NCBI GenBank assembly: GCA_034670305.1
Contig: JAXMNT010000089.1
Location: 1-16,860 of the forward strand
Length of the DNA: 16,860 bases
Source of the DNA: Deltaproteobacteria bacterium
GTDB lineage: Bacteria > Myxococcota_A > Polyangia > Polyangiales > Houyiibacteriaceae
Reading direction: 5' to 3'
Shown: positions 1 through 9,804 of the stretch, piece after piece
How positions within the stretch are numbered: the first letter of the stretch is position 1
Layout: every line of letters starts with the position of its first letter
Position numbers and translations under genes: made by a program
The notes under the pieces: generated by a model
The model's input: only the letters and a program-made list of their open reading frames with translations
The model's database searches: none
Told to the model about the DNA's origin: nothing

Positions 1-151
1 CGATGTCGTGGTACGAGATCGCGTCTCCACCGTGCGTGTCCGACATCACCTTGGTGATGGCGGCGGTCAACGTGGTCTTGCCGTGGTCGATGTGACCGAT
101 GGTGCCGACGTTCACGTGCGGTTTGTTGCGGACGAATTCTTCTTTGGCCAT
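1..151 (-). CDS. tuf: Elongation factor Tu, N-terminal part (runs off window start)
   Basis: Reverse strand from ATG at 151 reads [35 protein letters not shown] (EF-Tu P-loop). A GAGGAG SD lies upstream and the gene follows fusA. Not in the ORF track. Confidence 0.97.
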   Translation of the reverse strand, partial: MAKEEFVRNKPHVNVGTIGHIDHGKTTLTAAITKVMSDTHGGDAISYHDI

Positions 152-229
152 TGTCTATACTCCTCGAGGGGAACCGAAAACTCTTGTGCGAAGGGGACGA
201 AGGAACGGGGTGCGAAATGCCTGGTGCGA

Positions 230-2344
230 TTACTCGCCCTTCGCCTTCGCGATGATCTCTTGTGCGATGTTGGAAGGCACCGCGTCGTATTTGTCGAAAC
301 GCATGGTGTGGACCGCGCGTCCCTGGGTCTTCGACCGAAGATCGGTCGCGTACCCGAACATGGCTGCGAGGGGCACGGTCGCTTTGATGACCTGCATGTT
401 CCCGACCGTGTCCATGTTGGAGAGGTTGCCGCGCCGGGAGTTCAGGTCACCGATGACGTCGCCCATATAGTCCTCGGGCGTCCGAACCTCAACCGCCATT
501 ACGGGCTCGAGCAAGTGAATGCCCGCGAGCTGGCATCCCTCTTGAAAAGCGAGGGATCCGGCGATCTCGAAGGCAGCCTGGCTCGAGTCCACGTCGTGGT
601 AGTTGCCATCGGTCAGCTTCACGTGGACATCGATGACCGGGTAGTTGGCGAGCACGCCGCGGGTCATCGCGTCGCGAATGCCCTTCTCGACCGAAGGAAT
701 GAACTCCTTCGGGATGCTGCCGCCGACGGTCTTGTTCTCGAAGGTGAGTCCGGAGCCTTCTTCGCCCGGGCCGATCTCGATGTAGACGTGGGCGAACATG
801 CCGCGGCCGCCGCTCTGCTTCTTGAGCTTGCCCTCGCACTTCACCCACTCACGAATCGACTCGCGGTAAGCGACCTGGGGCGCGCCGACGTTCGACTCGA
901 CACCGAACTCGCGGCGCAACCGATCGACGAGCACTTCGAGGTGCAGTTCGCCCATGCCGGCGAGGATGGTCTGTCCGGTCTCTTCGTCCGTGTGCGCTTT
1001 GAAGCTCGGGTCTTCGCGTTGGAGTTTGGAGAGCCCTTCGCCGAGTTTCTTGGAGTCGGCTTTGGTCTTGGGCTCGATGGCGATCGAGATGACCGGATCC
1101 GGCAGGTCGATGCGCTCGAGGAGGATCGGGTGCTGGATGGCGCAGAGCGTGTCGCCGGTGTTGACGTTGGAGAGTCCCACCGCGGCCACGATGTTGCCCG
1201 CGAACACTTCTTTGATGTCTTCGCGCGAGTTGGCGTGCATGAGAAGGAGCCGGCCTACGCGCTCCTTCTTGCCGCTGGCGGCGTTGAGCACGGCGGTGCC
1301 GCTCTGGAGCTGTCCGCTGTACACGCGGATGAAGGTCAGCTGCCCGACGTAGGGGTCGTTGATGATCTTGAACGCGAGCGCGGCAAAAGGCGCGTCGTCG
1401 TCGGCTTCGCGGATCAGCTTCTTCTCGGGATCGTCGGGGTCTTCGCCTTCGGTCGGTCGGACGTCGAGCGGGGACGGCAGGTAGTCGACCACCGCGTCGA
1501 GCAGCTGCTGCACACCCTTGTTCTTGAAGGCGGAGCCGCAGAGCACCGGCACGAACACCTGGGTCAGGGTCGCCGTGCGGATGGCGAGTCGAATCTCATC
1601 GGGCGTGAAGTCCGTGTCGTCCTCGAGGAAGCGCGCCATCAGCTTCTCGTCGACTTCGGCCACCGCCTCGAGCAGTTCTTGCCGCGCGAGCGCCGCTTCG
1701 TCGGCGAACTCCGCAGGGATGTCGATGACGTCCCACTCGGCGCCGAGTTTGTCGTCCTGGAATTCGAAGGCGGTCATCGATACGAGATCGATGACGCCAC
1801 GAAGCTCGCCTTCGGAACCGAGCGGGAGCTGGATGGCGATGGCCTTGGCGCCCAGCCGATCTTTGATGCTCTGAAGCGCGCGCGGGAAGTCCGCGCCAAT
1901 CTTGTCCATCTTGTTGATGAAGCAGATTCGGGGCACGCCGTAACGGTCGGCCTGACGCCACACCGTCTCGGACTGAGGTTCGACGCCCTCTTTGCCGTCG
2001 AACACCGCAACCGCACCGTCGAGCACGCGCAACGAACGACCGACCTCGATGGTGAAGTCTACGTGGCCCGGCGTATCGATGATGTTGATGCGGTGTCGGA
2101 GCTCCGCATGCGGACCCTGCTTGGGCTCCCAAAAACAGGTCGTCGCCGCCGAAGTAATCGTGATTCCACGCTCCTGCTCCTGCTCCATGTAATCCATGGT
2201 CGCAGCCCCATCGTGGACTTCGCCGATCTTGTAGTTGACCCCCGTGTAATAGAGGATCCGCTCCGTCGTCGTCGTCTTCCCAGCATCGATGTGAGCCATG
2301 ATGCCGATGTTCCGGGTTCTTTTGAGTGGGTATTCGCGGGGCAC
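230..2344 (-). CDS. fusA: Elongation factor G
   Basis: [33 protein letters not shown] and NKMD motifs. Likely start is GTG at 2344 ([14 protein letters not shown]); the ORF-track start at 2473 is an unlikely extension. Confidence 0.98.
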   Translation of the reverse strand: MPREYPLKRTRNIGIMAHIDAGKTTTTERILYYTGVNYKIGEVHDGAATMDYMEQEQERGITITSAATTCFWEPKQGPHAELRHRINIIDTPGHVDFTIEVGRSLRVLDGAVAVFDGKEGVEPQSETVWRQADRYGVPRICFINKMDKIGADFPRALQSIKDRLGAKAIAIQLPLGSEGELRGVIDLVSMTAFEFQDDKLGAEWDVIDIPAEFADEAALARQELLEAVAEVDEKLMARFLEDDTDFTPDEIRLAIRTATLTQVFVPVLCGSAFKNKGVQQLLDAVVDYLPSPLDVRPTEGEDPDDPEKKLIREADDDAPFAALAFKIINDPYVGQLTFIRVYSGQLQSGTAVLNAASGKKERVGRLLLMHANSREDIKEVFAGNIVAAVGLSNVNTGDTLCAIQHPILLERIDLPDPVISIAIEPKTKADSKKLGEGLSKLQREDPSFKAHTDEETGQTILAGMGELHLEVLVDRLRREFGVESNVGAPQVAYRESIREWVKCEGKLKKQSGGRGMFAHVYIEIGPGEEGSGLTFENKTVGGSIPKEFIPSVEKGIRDAMTRGVLANYPVIDVHVKLTDGNYHDVDSSQAAFEIAGSLAFQEGCQLAGIHLLEPVMAVEVRTPEDYMGDVIGDLNSRRGNLSNMDTVGNMQVIKATVPLAAMFGYATDLRSKTQGRAVHTMRFDKYDAVPSNIAQEIIAKAKGE

Positions 2345-2659
2345 GGGAGGAGTTTTTCGGGGGGAGCGGGCAGGGCTTTCGGGTGAGAAGCGGGAATGCT
2401 TCGGAAAGGTTGTTCCGAGATCGGAACCGGGTGGCTGACGCAAGAAAGCCCCTCCGAGCCTGCCAACCTCCATCGGGTTGGGCGTTTGTTCGGAAGGGGC
2501 TCGAGAGTGAATCGGTGCGAAGTTCTTCGCGTTTCTTCAGCAGGGCTGAACCGGACGTCTCTCGTCTATGGGCGCGTCGTCATCTGTTGGGGCGTGAGCT
2601 CCTCTTCCGAGTGGTTTCCTGCAGCGCAGGACCTGTCCCGGACATGGTCTGAAGTTGGG

Positions 2660-3130
2660 CTACCAGCGGTAGTGGGCGAACGCTTTGTTGGCGTCGGCCA
2701 TCTTGTGGGTGTCTTCGCGCTTCTTGACCGCGGAGCCGCGACCCTGCGAAGCCTCGACGAACTCGGCCGCGAGGCGCTCCGTCATCGACTTCTCGCCACG
2801 GCGGCGGGCGTAGCCCACGAGCCAGCGCATCGCGAGGCTGACCCGGCGGTCGTTGCGGACCTCGACGGGCACCTGATACGTCGCACCACCCACGCGGCGG
2901 CTCTTGACCTCCACTTTGGGCTTCACGAGATCGAGCGCTTTGCGGAAGACCTCGATCGGGTCCTCCTTGTAGCGGTTCTCGATGACGTCGAAGGCGCCGT
3001 AGAGAATCTTCTCGGCGGTGGACTTCTTGCCACCACGCATGAGGATGTTGCAGAAACGCGCAACCATCTTGTCTTTGTACTTGGCGTCCGGAATGATCGG
3101 GCGCTTCTGACTTTGCCGGCGACGACTCAT
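2660..3130 (-). CDS. rpsG: 30S ribosomal protein S7
   Basis: 156 aa with [17 protein letters not shown] and [15 protein letters not shown]. Confidence 0.99.
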   Translation of the reverse strand: MSRRRQSQKRPIIPDAKYKDKMVARFCNILMRGGKKSTAEKILYGAFDVIENRYKEDPIEVFRKALDLVKPKVEVKSRRVGGATYQVPVEVRNDRRVSLAMRWLVGYARRRGEKSMTERLAAEFVEASQGRGSAVKKREDTHKMADANKAFAHYRW

Positions 3131-3134
3131 CGAT

Positions 3135-3533
3135 TCAGCTCTTCGGCTTCTTCACGCCGTACTTGGACCGGCGCTGGGTGCGGTTTGCCTTGTTCGTGTT
3201 CGACGGGCCGGCTGCACCGGTTGCGTCGAGGGTTCCACGAACAACGTGATAACGAACACCGGGGAGGTCTTTCACACGACCGCCACGGATGAGCACCACA
3301 GAGTGCTCCTGAAGGTTGTGTCCCTCACCGGGGATGTACGTCGTGGCCTCGATCCCGTTGGAGAGGCGCACACGTGCGACCTTGCGAAGGGCCGAGTTCG
3401 GCTTCTTCGGCGTGGTCGTGTACACGCGAACGCAGACGCCGCGCTTCTGCGGGCAGTTCTGCAACGCCGGGGAGTTGGTCTTCCGGCGGGTCTTGAGGCG
3501 TCCCTTGCGGACGAGCTGGTTGATGGTGGGCAT
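3135..3533 (-). CDS. rpsL: 30S ribosomal protein S12
   Basis: [41 protein letters not shown]; carries an ~8-aa insertion near the C-terminus. Confidence 0.99.
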   Translation of the reverse strand: MPTINQLVRKGRLKTRRKTNSPALQNCPQKRGVCVRVYTTTPKKPNSALRKVARVRLSNGIEATTYIPGEGHNLQEHSVVLIRGGRVKDLPGVRYHVVRGTLDATGAAGPSNTNKANRTQRRSKYGVKKPKS

Positions 3534-3652
3534 CGTAAAGTCGTTGCGGCGAATTCGAAATCGGACCGAAGGGCGTCCCGAATGCCGTCTTAGGGCTCAA
3601 AAATCCCGAAAAACCGTTAGTTTATGGGCCCCCCGGGCTTCGAGGGACGCGA

Positions 3653-3680
3653 AAGATACCGGCGGATGCCCCCCTGTCAA
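3653..3680 (-). promoter_or_regulatory. sigma70-type promoter of the str operon
   Basis: Minus strand TTGACA (3680-3675), 16-nt spacer, TATCTT (3658-3653), about 120 nt upstream of rpsL. Confidence 0.7.
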
Positions 3681-3825
3681 GCCGCCATGACGAGTTAATC
3701 GTCCGCGATCACCGATCGATGCGGCCTTCGGGAGGGGTCGACGGGAGGGCCCGAACGGGGTCCCGCAGCGATCATCCGTCGCCGTCGAGTGATCGTGTTT
3801 GCGGGGTTCCTGACTCGGCCCTGGG

Positions 3826-4785
3826 TCAGAATCGGAGCCGAAGGGTGAGATTTCCGATCCCGATTCCGATCTGCGCTTCCACGCCCGGTGTCTCGGGGGG
3901 CGCGACCTCGGGTTCGAGCTCGATTTCGGGCAAATCGTCCGGCAATGGGCGGGTTCCGGAACGGACACGCGTGGGCACGAACGCCGCCTGGGCTTGAATC
4001 ACACCACTGATCGCGACGATCGCGAGGGTCGCGGAGATGGTCTGGTTGCTCAGGCGGGCCGCCCGCTCGAGCCGGTTGAAGCGGTCGGCGTCTTCGGCGG
4101 GCACGGTCTGGACCTCACCGCGGAGCCAGCGGTGCCACCCCCAGGTCGCGAAACTCAACACCGTCAACGTCGCCTCGAGCACCGCGAACGCAACGCCCAA
4201 ACGCCTCTGATCATTGCGAAATTGGCCAACACCGAAGGGGAGCAGCGCGAGCGCCCGGGAGTTGGTGGTCTCGATGCGGGTCTCCCGGGCGAGCGCCTCG
4301 AGCCGCGCCATGCGCTCCTGCTGGAGGTAGAGCCGCTGGATCGTGCGCTGGTTCTCCCGCTCCAGCCGCTCCCGTTCGGCGCGCCGCTGCGCTTCCCGTT
4401 CGGCGAGGTATCGGGCCCGAACGCCCTGAAACACCTCGACCACGGCCGTCGGGAACTGATGACTGTCGATCTCGTAGGTGTCGTCGGCCCGGAGCAACTC
4501 GGTGAACTGCTCTTCCGATTCGGATCGGCGGTTGAGAAAGAGGTACGTCGCAGCCAGCAACTCACGGCATTCGTTGACGAGGGTGCGGTCTTGCACCCGT
4601 GGGACACCGCCACCCACCATCGACTCGAGCCGCCGCGCGGCGTCGTCGTATTGGTGGCGCTCGTACGCGGAGCGTGCGGCTTGGAAGTCGTCGAAGTCGT
4701 TGGCGTGCACCACCGAAGGTCCGATGAGGGACACGGTCAGCACCAGCGCGACTCTCCGAGCCCAAACTGCGATCCCCGGTCGCAT
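3826..4785 (-). CDS. Exported/membrane protein with TPR-like helical N-terminal domain and C-terminal hydrophobic segments
   Basis: Signal-peptide-like start (VALVLTVSLIGPSVVHA), TPR-like ARSAYERHQYDDAARRLE...LLAATYLFLNRRSESEEQFTELL, a coiled coil, then LLPFGVGQF and two hydrophobic segments. Lies 46 nt downstream of the kinase gene. Confidence 0.8.
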   Translation of the reverse strand: MRPGIAVWARRVALVLTVSLIGPSVVHANDFDDFQAARSAYERHQYDDAARRLESMVGGGVPRVQDRTLVNECRELLAATYLFLNRRSESEEQFTELLRADDTYEIDSHQFPTAVVEVFQGVRARYLAEREAQRRAERERLERENQRTIQRLYLQQERMARLEALARETRIETTNSRALALLPFGVGQFRNDQRRLGVAFAVLEATLTVLSFATWGWHRWLRGEVQTVPAEDADRFNRLERAARLSNQTISATLAIVAISGVIQAQAAFVPTRVRSGTRPLPDDLPEIELEPEVAPPETPGVEAQIGIGIGNLTLRLRF

Positions 4786-4831
4786 TCACCTCCAGCATGC
4801 AACAGCGGCCCACCCCCCGCCGGTCCTGGCG

Positions 4832-6598
4832 TCATTCGGAGGTCAGATCGACCGTCACACTCGTGACTTCGCCCGCTCGAAGCTGAACGGGACGAGGAGA
4901 GGTATAGACCTGGTACCCCTCGGCTGTCACTTCGAAGGTTCGTTCGTCGACCGCGGCGCCCATGGGAATGATGATGAAGTCGCGGGTGCGACCACGGGCT
5001 CCGGCGCCACGACCGGGTCGAACGACCACGTTTCCAGGGCGGGCGACGATGTAGAGGCGGGCTGCGCGGTAAGGAAGCCTCGCCGAGAGGGAGTAGGGGC
5101 CGTTGCCCGGTGGAATGCGCCGCGTGATGCGAAGCACCTCGCAGCAGTCGTCCGTTGGGCGGAACTCGAAGGTGTGGGTCGACCCACTCTGCAGCTCGAC
5201 CTCGAAGAAGGTCGGGCCGAAGGCACGCGGAGGTGCATCGTCCACGCGGATCATCACGTTCTGTGGACTCGGACTGAACTGCACCATGCGCGGCCCGGCC
5301 CGCACGGTGGGCCGACCGGTGTCGCGCCGGGTGGGCCCGGCGTCCACTCGGGTCGGCGCATCTTCTGCGCGCGCGTCTTGTACAGGCGCGTCCGGAGCCG
5401 CGTCGGCGAGCTCGGGCGCATCCGCTCCGCTGTCCTCCAGCACACCGATGCCCGCGTCCGCGACCACCGGATCCGTTCCGTCCGAGGGCCACAGCGCATA
5501 GGTCAGTGCGGCCACACCCAGCACGACCGCGATCACGCCGGCCCACAAGATCTTCGGATCGCCGGTCCCGAGGGAGTCGACCAACTTCAAGACCTGCGCG
5601 TTGCCTTCGTCGAGCGCCAGCACCCGGTTGAACGCATCCAGTGCCGCACTCCGCTGCTTCTTCTGCAGCGCCGCTTTGCCGCGCGCGAGGAGTGCGTCGA
5701 TCGACTGGGTTCGGAGTTCGGCGGCGACGTCCTCCGGGTCCGCGAGGTAGCGGACGAGCAACGCGTCGGGGTCGTCGATGCCCATGCCCCCGACGAAACT
5801 TCGGAGCGCGGCTTCCACATCCGAGACGGACTGAAAGCGGTCTTTCGGGTCGCGTTCCATGCACCGAACGATCGCGGCCGACAGCTCGCTGCCAACGGAC
5901 GGTTTCACCCGAAGCGGGTGCGGGTACTCCGCGTCCATGATGCGCTTGAGCACCTGGTGCGGGTTCTTCCCGGTGAACGGGAGTCGGCCGACCGCGAGGA
6001 AGTAGATGACGGTGCCGAGCGAGAACACATCGGAGCGCTCGTCGACGACACCGGTCTCCACCTGCTCGGGCGCCATGTGGCCTGGAGACCCGAGGATCTG
6101 ACCCGTCGCGGTGAAGGACTGGGCGTCGAGCATCTGCGCGATGCCAAAGTCGGTCAGCTTCACGATCCGTTGCTCGTGAAGGAGCACGTTCTCCGGTTTG
6201 ACGTCCCGGTGCACGATGCCGCGCTGATGCGCGGATGCGAGTGCGCTCGCGATCTGGATCGAGAAACACGCGGCGACCTCGGCCGGGATCTCCGGACCGT
6301 CTTCGACGAAGCGCCGCAGGGTGGGACCGGTCAGCAGCTCGGCTGCGATGAAACTCTCTTCGGAGTCTTCGCCGCTGTAGTCGTAGATCTCGAGGATGTG
6401 GTCGTGTTTGAGCTTCGCGACGCTCTGGGCTTCGCGCGTGAACCGCACCCGGGCTTCGCGGGCCTTCTGCAGATGAGGGTGCAGCACCTTGACCGCCACC
6501 TCGCGGTCGAGACGTTCGTCCCGCGCGCGGTAGACGGTCGCCATCCCCCCGTGGCCGATCTCCTCGAGGAGCTCGTACTTCTCGAGCTTGCGCAACAT
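4832..6598 (-). CDS. Membrane-anchored Hanks-type Ser/Thr protein kinase
   Basis: IGHGGMATVY, VAVKVL, HRDVKPEN, DFG, MAPE and SDVFSLG motifs, followed by a TPR-like helix, a TM segment (ILWAGVIAVVLGVAALTYALW) and a C-terminal extracytoplasmic domain. Confidence 0.96.
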   Translation of the reverse strand: MLRKLEKYELLEEIGHGGMATVYRARDERLDREVAVKVLHPHLQKAREARVRFTREAQSVAKLKHDHILEIYDYSGEDSEESFIAAELLTGPTLRRFVEDGPEIPAEVAACFSIQIASALASAHQRGIVHRDVKPENVLLHEQRIVKLTDFGIAQMLDAQSFTATGQILGSPGHMAPEQVETGVVDERSDVFSLGTVIYFLAVGRLPFTGKNPHQVLKRIMDAEYPHPLRVKPSVGSELSAAIVRCMERDPKDRFQSVSDVEAALRSFVGGMGIDDPDALLVRYLADPEDVAAELRTQSIDALLARGKAALQKKQRSAALDAFNRVLALDEGNAQVLKLVDSLGTGDPKILWAGVIAVVLGVAALTYALWPSDGTDPVVADAGIGVLEDSGADAPELADAAPDAPVQDARAEDAPTRVDAGPTRRDTGRPTVRAGPRMVQFSPSPQNVMIRVDDAPPRAFGPTFFEVELQSGSTHTFEFRPTDDCCEVLRITRRIPPGNGPYSLSARLPYRAARLYIVARPGNVVVRPGRGAGARGRTRDFIIIPMGAAVDERTFEVTAEGYQVYTSPRPVQLRAGEVTSVTVDLTSE

Positions 6599-6678
6599 CC
6601 AGCGGTCTCGACTATCCGCCGTCAGGGTTCACGGGGTCAACGATGGTGTGGGTTGTTGCACGCACAGTCGCCATCGGA

Positions 6679-7980
6679 TCAGTCGACGGGCGTGAGTTCG
6701 TCTGGGAAACACATCTCGACGTCGGAGCGTCCTTCGCCGGCCGCCACGACGAGCACCCCGGACTCGAACACCACCAGCGCGGGCCGACGACGTGGCGCCG
6801 TGAGGGTGAATCGCGGCTGCAAGGACCAGCGCCCATCGAAGCGCGCTTCGGAGACGTCCGCATCTCGCACGAGCCAACCGCCTTGTCCGGTGACGTCCAC
6901 CGCCTCGACGGCGGGCTCGACACCCGGTTCTGCGCGACACGCGCCAGGGCACCCAAGAAGCGAAACGTGGTCGGTGCGGGGTTCGCCGAGGTCGTCGACC
7001 CCGCCGACGAGCCAGAACGCTTCGTCGTCCGCGAGGATCGTCGCACCAAGCCGCAGCGGTTCCGATTCTCCGAAGGGCGCACCCATGTCGCTGGCCGGCT
7101 CGAGCATCTCCGCGACCGCGCCGGTGGTCCCGCCGGCGACGAGTACCCGGTCGCCGAGCGCGATGGCCACGGCACCCGAACGGGGCGCGCTGAGCTGCGT
7201 GCGGTGCACCCGGCCGTCCGCTGCGATCCAGCTGACATCGGACACGGCCGCTCCGTCCAGACTGCCGCCGATGACCGCAGCGCCGCCCGCATAGCTCACC
7301 ACCGCCGAGTCGACGCCCGCACCAGGATGCAGAGACACCGCCGATTCGCGGTCCTCCGCGATGGAGAGATCGAAACTGGCGGCGCCCTGTTCGGAGATGA
7401 TCGCGAACCGGTTCTCGCCGAGGTTCGCGCCCTGCGCTCGGCCGCGGGGTCCGACGAGATCATCGAGCTCCCCGCTGAACATGCGCAGCAGATCCAAGAA
7501 CTCCACCCGCGACGAGAGCAGCGCGTCGTCGAGACCGGCAGCCACGGTGAGGAACGTGTCGATGCGCGCGTTCGCGGTCTGACTGCGCGGCGCGGTGAAC
7601 GCCGCGTCGGGCACCCGCACGCAGCTTCCAGGTTCGCCCATGACGATGCGCACGAGGCCACCCGCGGTGCCAGGTACGAAGGTCGGCGGCGCACCGATGA
7701 GATCGGTCGCCCCCTCGAACGCCACCCGCAGCGACGTCTGGCCGCCGAGCGAATCGATCTCCACGGCGAGGTCGACATCCCCTTCGAGATCCCGGCGCAC
7801 CCGTGTGGTGGGACGTCCCGCCTGAGCGACCTCTACCAGGATGCTCGAGAAGCCGCCCTCGGCCAGCGGGTTGCTCCCGTCGGGCGCGATGAGCTGAACC
7901 TCGACGGTCGGCGGCGCGGGATCCGACTGGCACCCGAGCACGGCGAAGAGAAGAGGGGCCAGCGTTCCGAATCGGCGCAC
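6679..7980 (-). CDS. Putative lipoprotein with Kelch-like beta-propeller repeats
   Basis: GTG at 7980 gives MRRFGTLAPLLFAVLG-C (lipobox). Repeated hydrophobic-GG motifs (AAVIGG, VLVAGG, FWLVGG) follow. The upstream part of the 689-aa track ORF is antisense to the PabB-like gene. Confidence 0.8.
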   Translation of the reverse strand: MRRFGTLAPLLFAVLGCQSDPAPPTVEVQLIAPDGSNPLAEGGFSSILVEVAQAGRPTTRVRRDLEGDVDLAVEIDSLGGQTSLRVAFEGATDLIGAPPTFVPGTAGGLVRIVMGEPGSCVRVPDAAFTAPRSQTANARIDTFLTVAAGLDDALLSSRVEFLDLLRMFSGELDDLVGPRGRAQGANLGENRFAIISEQGAASFDLSIAEDRESAVSLHPGAGVDSAVVSYAGGAAVIGGSLDGAAVSDVSWIAADGRVHRTQLSAPRSGAVAIALGDRVLVAGGTTGAVAEMLEPASDMGAPFGESEPLRLGATILADDEAFWLVGGVDDLGEPRTDHVSLLGCPGACRAEPGVEPAVEAVDVTGQGGWLVRDADVSEARFDGRWSLQPRFTLTAPRRRPALVVFESGVLVVAAGEGRSDVEMCFPDELTPVD

Positions 7981-8043
7981 GCCGCCAGCCTGCGAGAGAG
8001 CCGTACGAGGGGCAACCTGCTTGGGACCGGTAGCGGCCGAACG

Positions 8044-8072
8044 TTGACCGCTGCGCCGGCCACCGGTAAGCC
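8044..8072 (+). promoter_or_regulatory. Putative sigma70 promoter giving a leaderless mRNA for the PabB-like gene
   Basis: TTGACC, 17-nt spacer, TAAGCC; ATG 6 nt downstream; no SD. Confidence 0.45.
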
Positions 8073-8078
8073 GCGGCC

Positions 8079-9347
8079 ATGTTCCGCCGCCCGCTGCCGG
8101 GGTGGACCGAAGACCCGGCGACCACCGCGCTCCGGCTGCGATCATTCGGCGGCCTGGCGTGGCTCGACGACGCGTCGGGGGGGCGCAGCTACCTGGGCTG
8201 CGCGCCGGATCGAGTCGTGGGCGGCACACGGTGGCAACAAGCGCTCGGGCCGATGGAATTGTTCCGGCCTGAAGAGCCCGCGGTGCCCTGGTGGATCGGG
8301 TACGTCGCGTACGACCACACAACTTGGTTTGGCCGGTACGATGCGTTGCTCGAGTGGGCGACCGAGGATGGGCGCTCCTCGGTGCACCTGGTGGGCGAAT
8401 CCGAGGCCGCGATGGACGCGTTGGCGGAGAGACTCCGCTCGGAACCGCGGCCAGCCACCGCACGCCTTGGACCACTCTGCGACCCGGATCCGATCGACCA
8501 CACGATGGGCGTGGACGCGGTGAAACACCACATCGCGGCCGGCGACGTCTACCAGGTGAACCTGGCCCGCGCGTGGCGCGCCGACTTCGAAGGAGACGCC
8601 CTGCACCTCTACCTTGCGATGCGCCGCGCGAGTCCCGTGCCACGGGGCGTGTTCCTCGACGCCGGCCCGTGTGGCGTGTGTGCACTGACGATGGAGCGGT
8701 TTCTGGAATGGCACCCCGACGGGGTGGGTCGGGGCGTGGTCCGATCATCGCCCATCAAAGGAACCATTGCGCGCGCCTCGAACCAGGGCGTGGCCGAAGA
8801 CGCCAGCGGCGCCGAGACGCTTCGGGCCGATCCCAAGGAGCACGCCGAACACTCCATGATCGTCGATCTGGTCCGAAACGATCTCGGCCGGGTCGCCGAG
8901 ATCGGGAGCGTGCATGTGGAGGCACTGCTGGAAGTCGAGTCCTACGCCAAGCTGCAACACCTCGTGAGCACGGTGCGGGCCACCACCCGAGAGACGACCT
9001 CCCTCACGTCGCTCCTGGACGCCACGTTCCCGCCCGGGAGCGTGACGGGCGCGCCGAAGGTGTCCGCGATGAAGATCATCGACGCGCTCGAGCCGGAGCC
9101 GCGCGGGATCTACTGCGGCGCGGTCGGCCACGTGGACCGCCGAGGCGGGATCGACTTCGCCGTCGCCATTCGAACCGCGGTCGTGCGCGATGGCCAGGTC
9201 GTCTACCACGCCGGCGGCGGGCTGGTCTGGGCCTCGGACGCGGCCCGAGAGCTCGCCGAAACCGAGCTCAAGGCGCGCGTGTTCTTGGATGCTGCCGCTG
9301 AGATGCGATCGAGCGAGCGCGACGAAGACACCGCGGTTCGCCCGTAG
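8079..9347 (+). CDS. pabB: Chorismate-binding enzyme, aminodeoxychorismate synthase component I / anthranilate synthase component I family
   Basis: GDVYQVNL, SPIKGT, AEHSMIVDLVRNDLGRV, FPPGSVTGAPKV, RGIYCGAVG and AIRT motifs. PIKGT favours PabB over TrpE. Confidence 0.85.
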   Translation: MFRRPLPGWTEDPATTALRLRSFGGLAWLDDASGGRSYLGCAPDRVVGGTRWQQALGPMELFRPEEPAVPWWIGYVAYDHTTWFGRYDALLEWATEDGRSSVHLVGESEAAMDALAERLRSEPRPATARLGPLCDPDPIDHTMGVDAVKHHIAAGDVYQVNLARAWRADFEGDALHLYLAMRRASPVPRGVFLDAGPCGVCALTMERFLEWHPDGVGRGVVRSSPIKGTIARASNQGVAEDASGAETLRADPKEHAEHSMIVDLVRNDLGRVAEIGSVHVEALLEVESYAKLQHLVSTVRATTRETTSLTSLLDATFPPGSVTGAPKVSAMKIIDALEPEPRGIYCGAVGHVDRRGGIDFAVAIRTAVVRDGQVVYHAGGGLVWASDAARELAETELKARVFLDAAAEMRSSERDEDTAVRP

Positions 9348-9427
9348 TTTGCGAGCGAAAACCGCTCATGCATTTGAGTTGCGAAAAGTATCGCGTAAGA
9401 AAATCGATTCAATCTCAACTTGATGCA

Positions 9428-9456
9428 TTGACACGTGAGAGTTGGACCGTTACCAA
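9428..9456 (+). promoter_or_regulatory. Putative sigma70 promoter of the tRNA array
   Basis: Perfect TTGACA (9428-9433), 17-nt spacer, TACCAA (9451-9456), with an AT-rich tract upstream (9360-9427). Confidence 0.55.
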
Positions 9457-9597
9457 GGGTCCATCGTGATTCATCAAACCCATAGGCCCTCCGCGGCCGC
9501 GACCACCCGACCGGGTGTGCAGAGAGTCTCAGGACTCGCTGTGCAACGGCTCTGGTGCGCGCAGTTGGCGGCAGGATCGATGGGGGCGAAAGCCACG

Positions 9598-9726
9598 ATG
9601 TCGACACTCCCAGCGAGTGCCACGAGTGAAAATTACGGAGAAACCCTTTCCCTTGGATTCGGAAAGCCCTGTCTCGATATTCGAGGCGGCCTGACGGTCC
9701 GCGTGGAGGAGGGTTTCCCCGGCTAG
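9598..9726 (+). CDS. Putative attenuator leader peptide (42 aa; alternative in-frame ATG at 9580)
   Basis: MSTLPASATSENYGETLSLGFGKPCLDIRGGLTVRVEEGFPG*. The stop codon lies within the strand complementary to the downstream terminator. Confidence 0.55.
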   Translation: MSTLPASATSENYGETLSLGFGKPCLDIRGGLTVRVEEGFPG

Positions 9727-9768
9727 GGGCGGCAGCCATCTTGAGGTCACTGGGACCTCACTTCGGAC

Positions 9769-9804
9769 GCCGCCCGCGGAAACCCGCTGGCGGCTTTTTT
9801 GTTT
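9769..9804 (+). terminator. Intrinsic terminator/attenuator upstream of the tRNA array
   Basis: GCCGCC-C-GCGG AAAC CCGC-T-GGCGGC followed by TTTTTTGTTT. Confidence 0.8.

Noticed and set aside
8-2386. 792-aa plus-strand ORF, and similar long ORFs at 2396-3292, 4478-7294 and 6643-8523
   Set aside because: Antisense shadows of fusA, rpsG, the kinase and the lipoprotein. Such stop-free antisense frames are expected in high-GC DNA.
9582-9606. GGGGGCGAAA...TCGAC resembling a tmRNA 5' end
   Set aside because: No matching 3' acceptor/T arm and no tag reading frame; the region is better explained as a leader with an ORF and attenuator.
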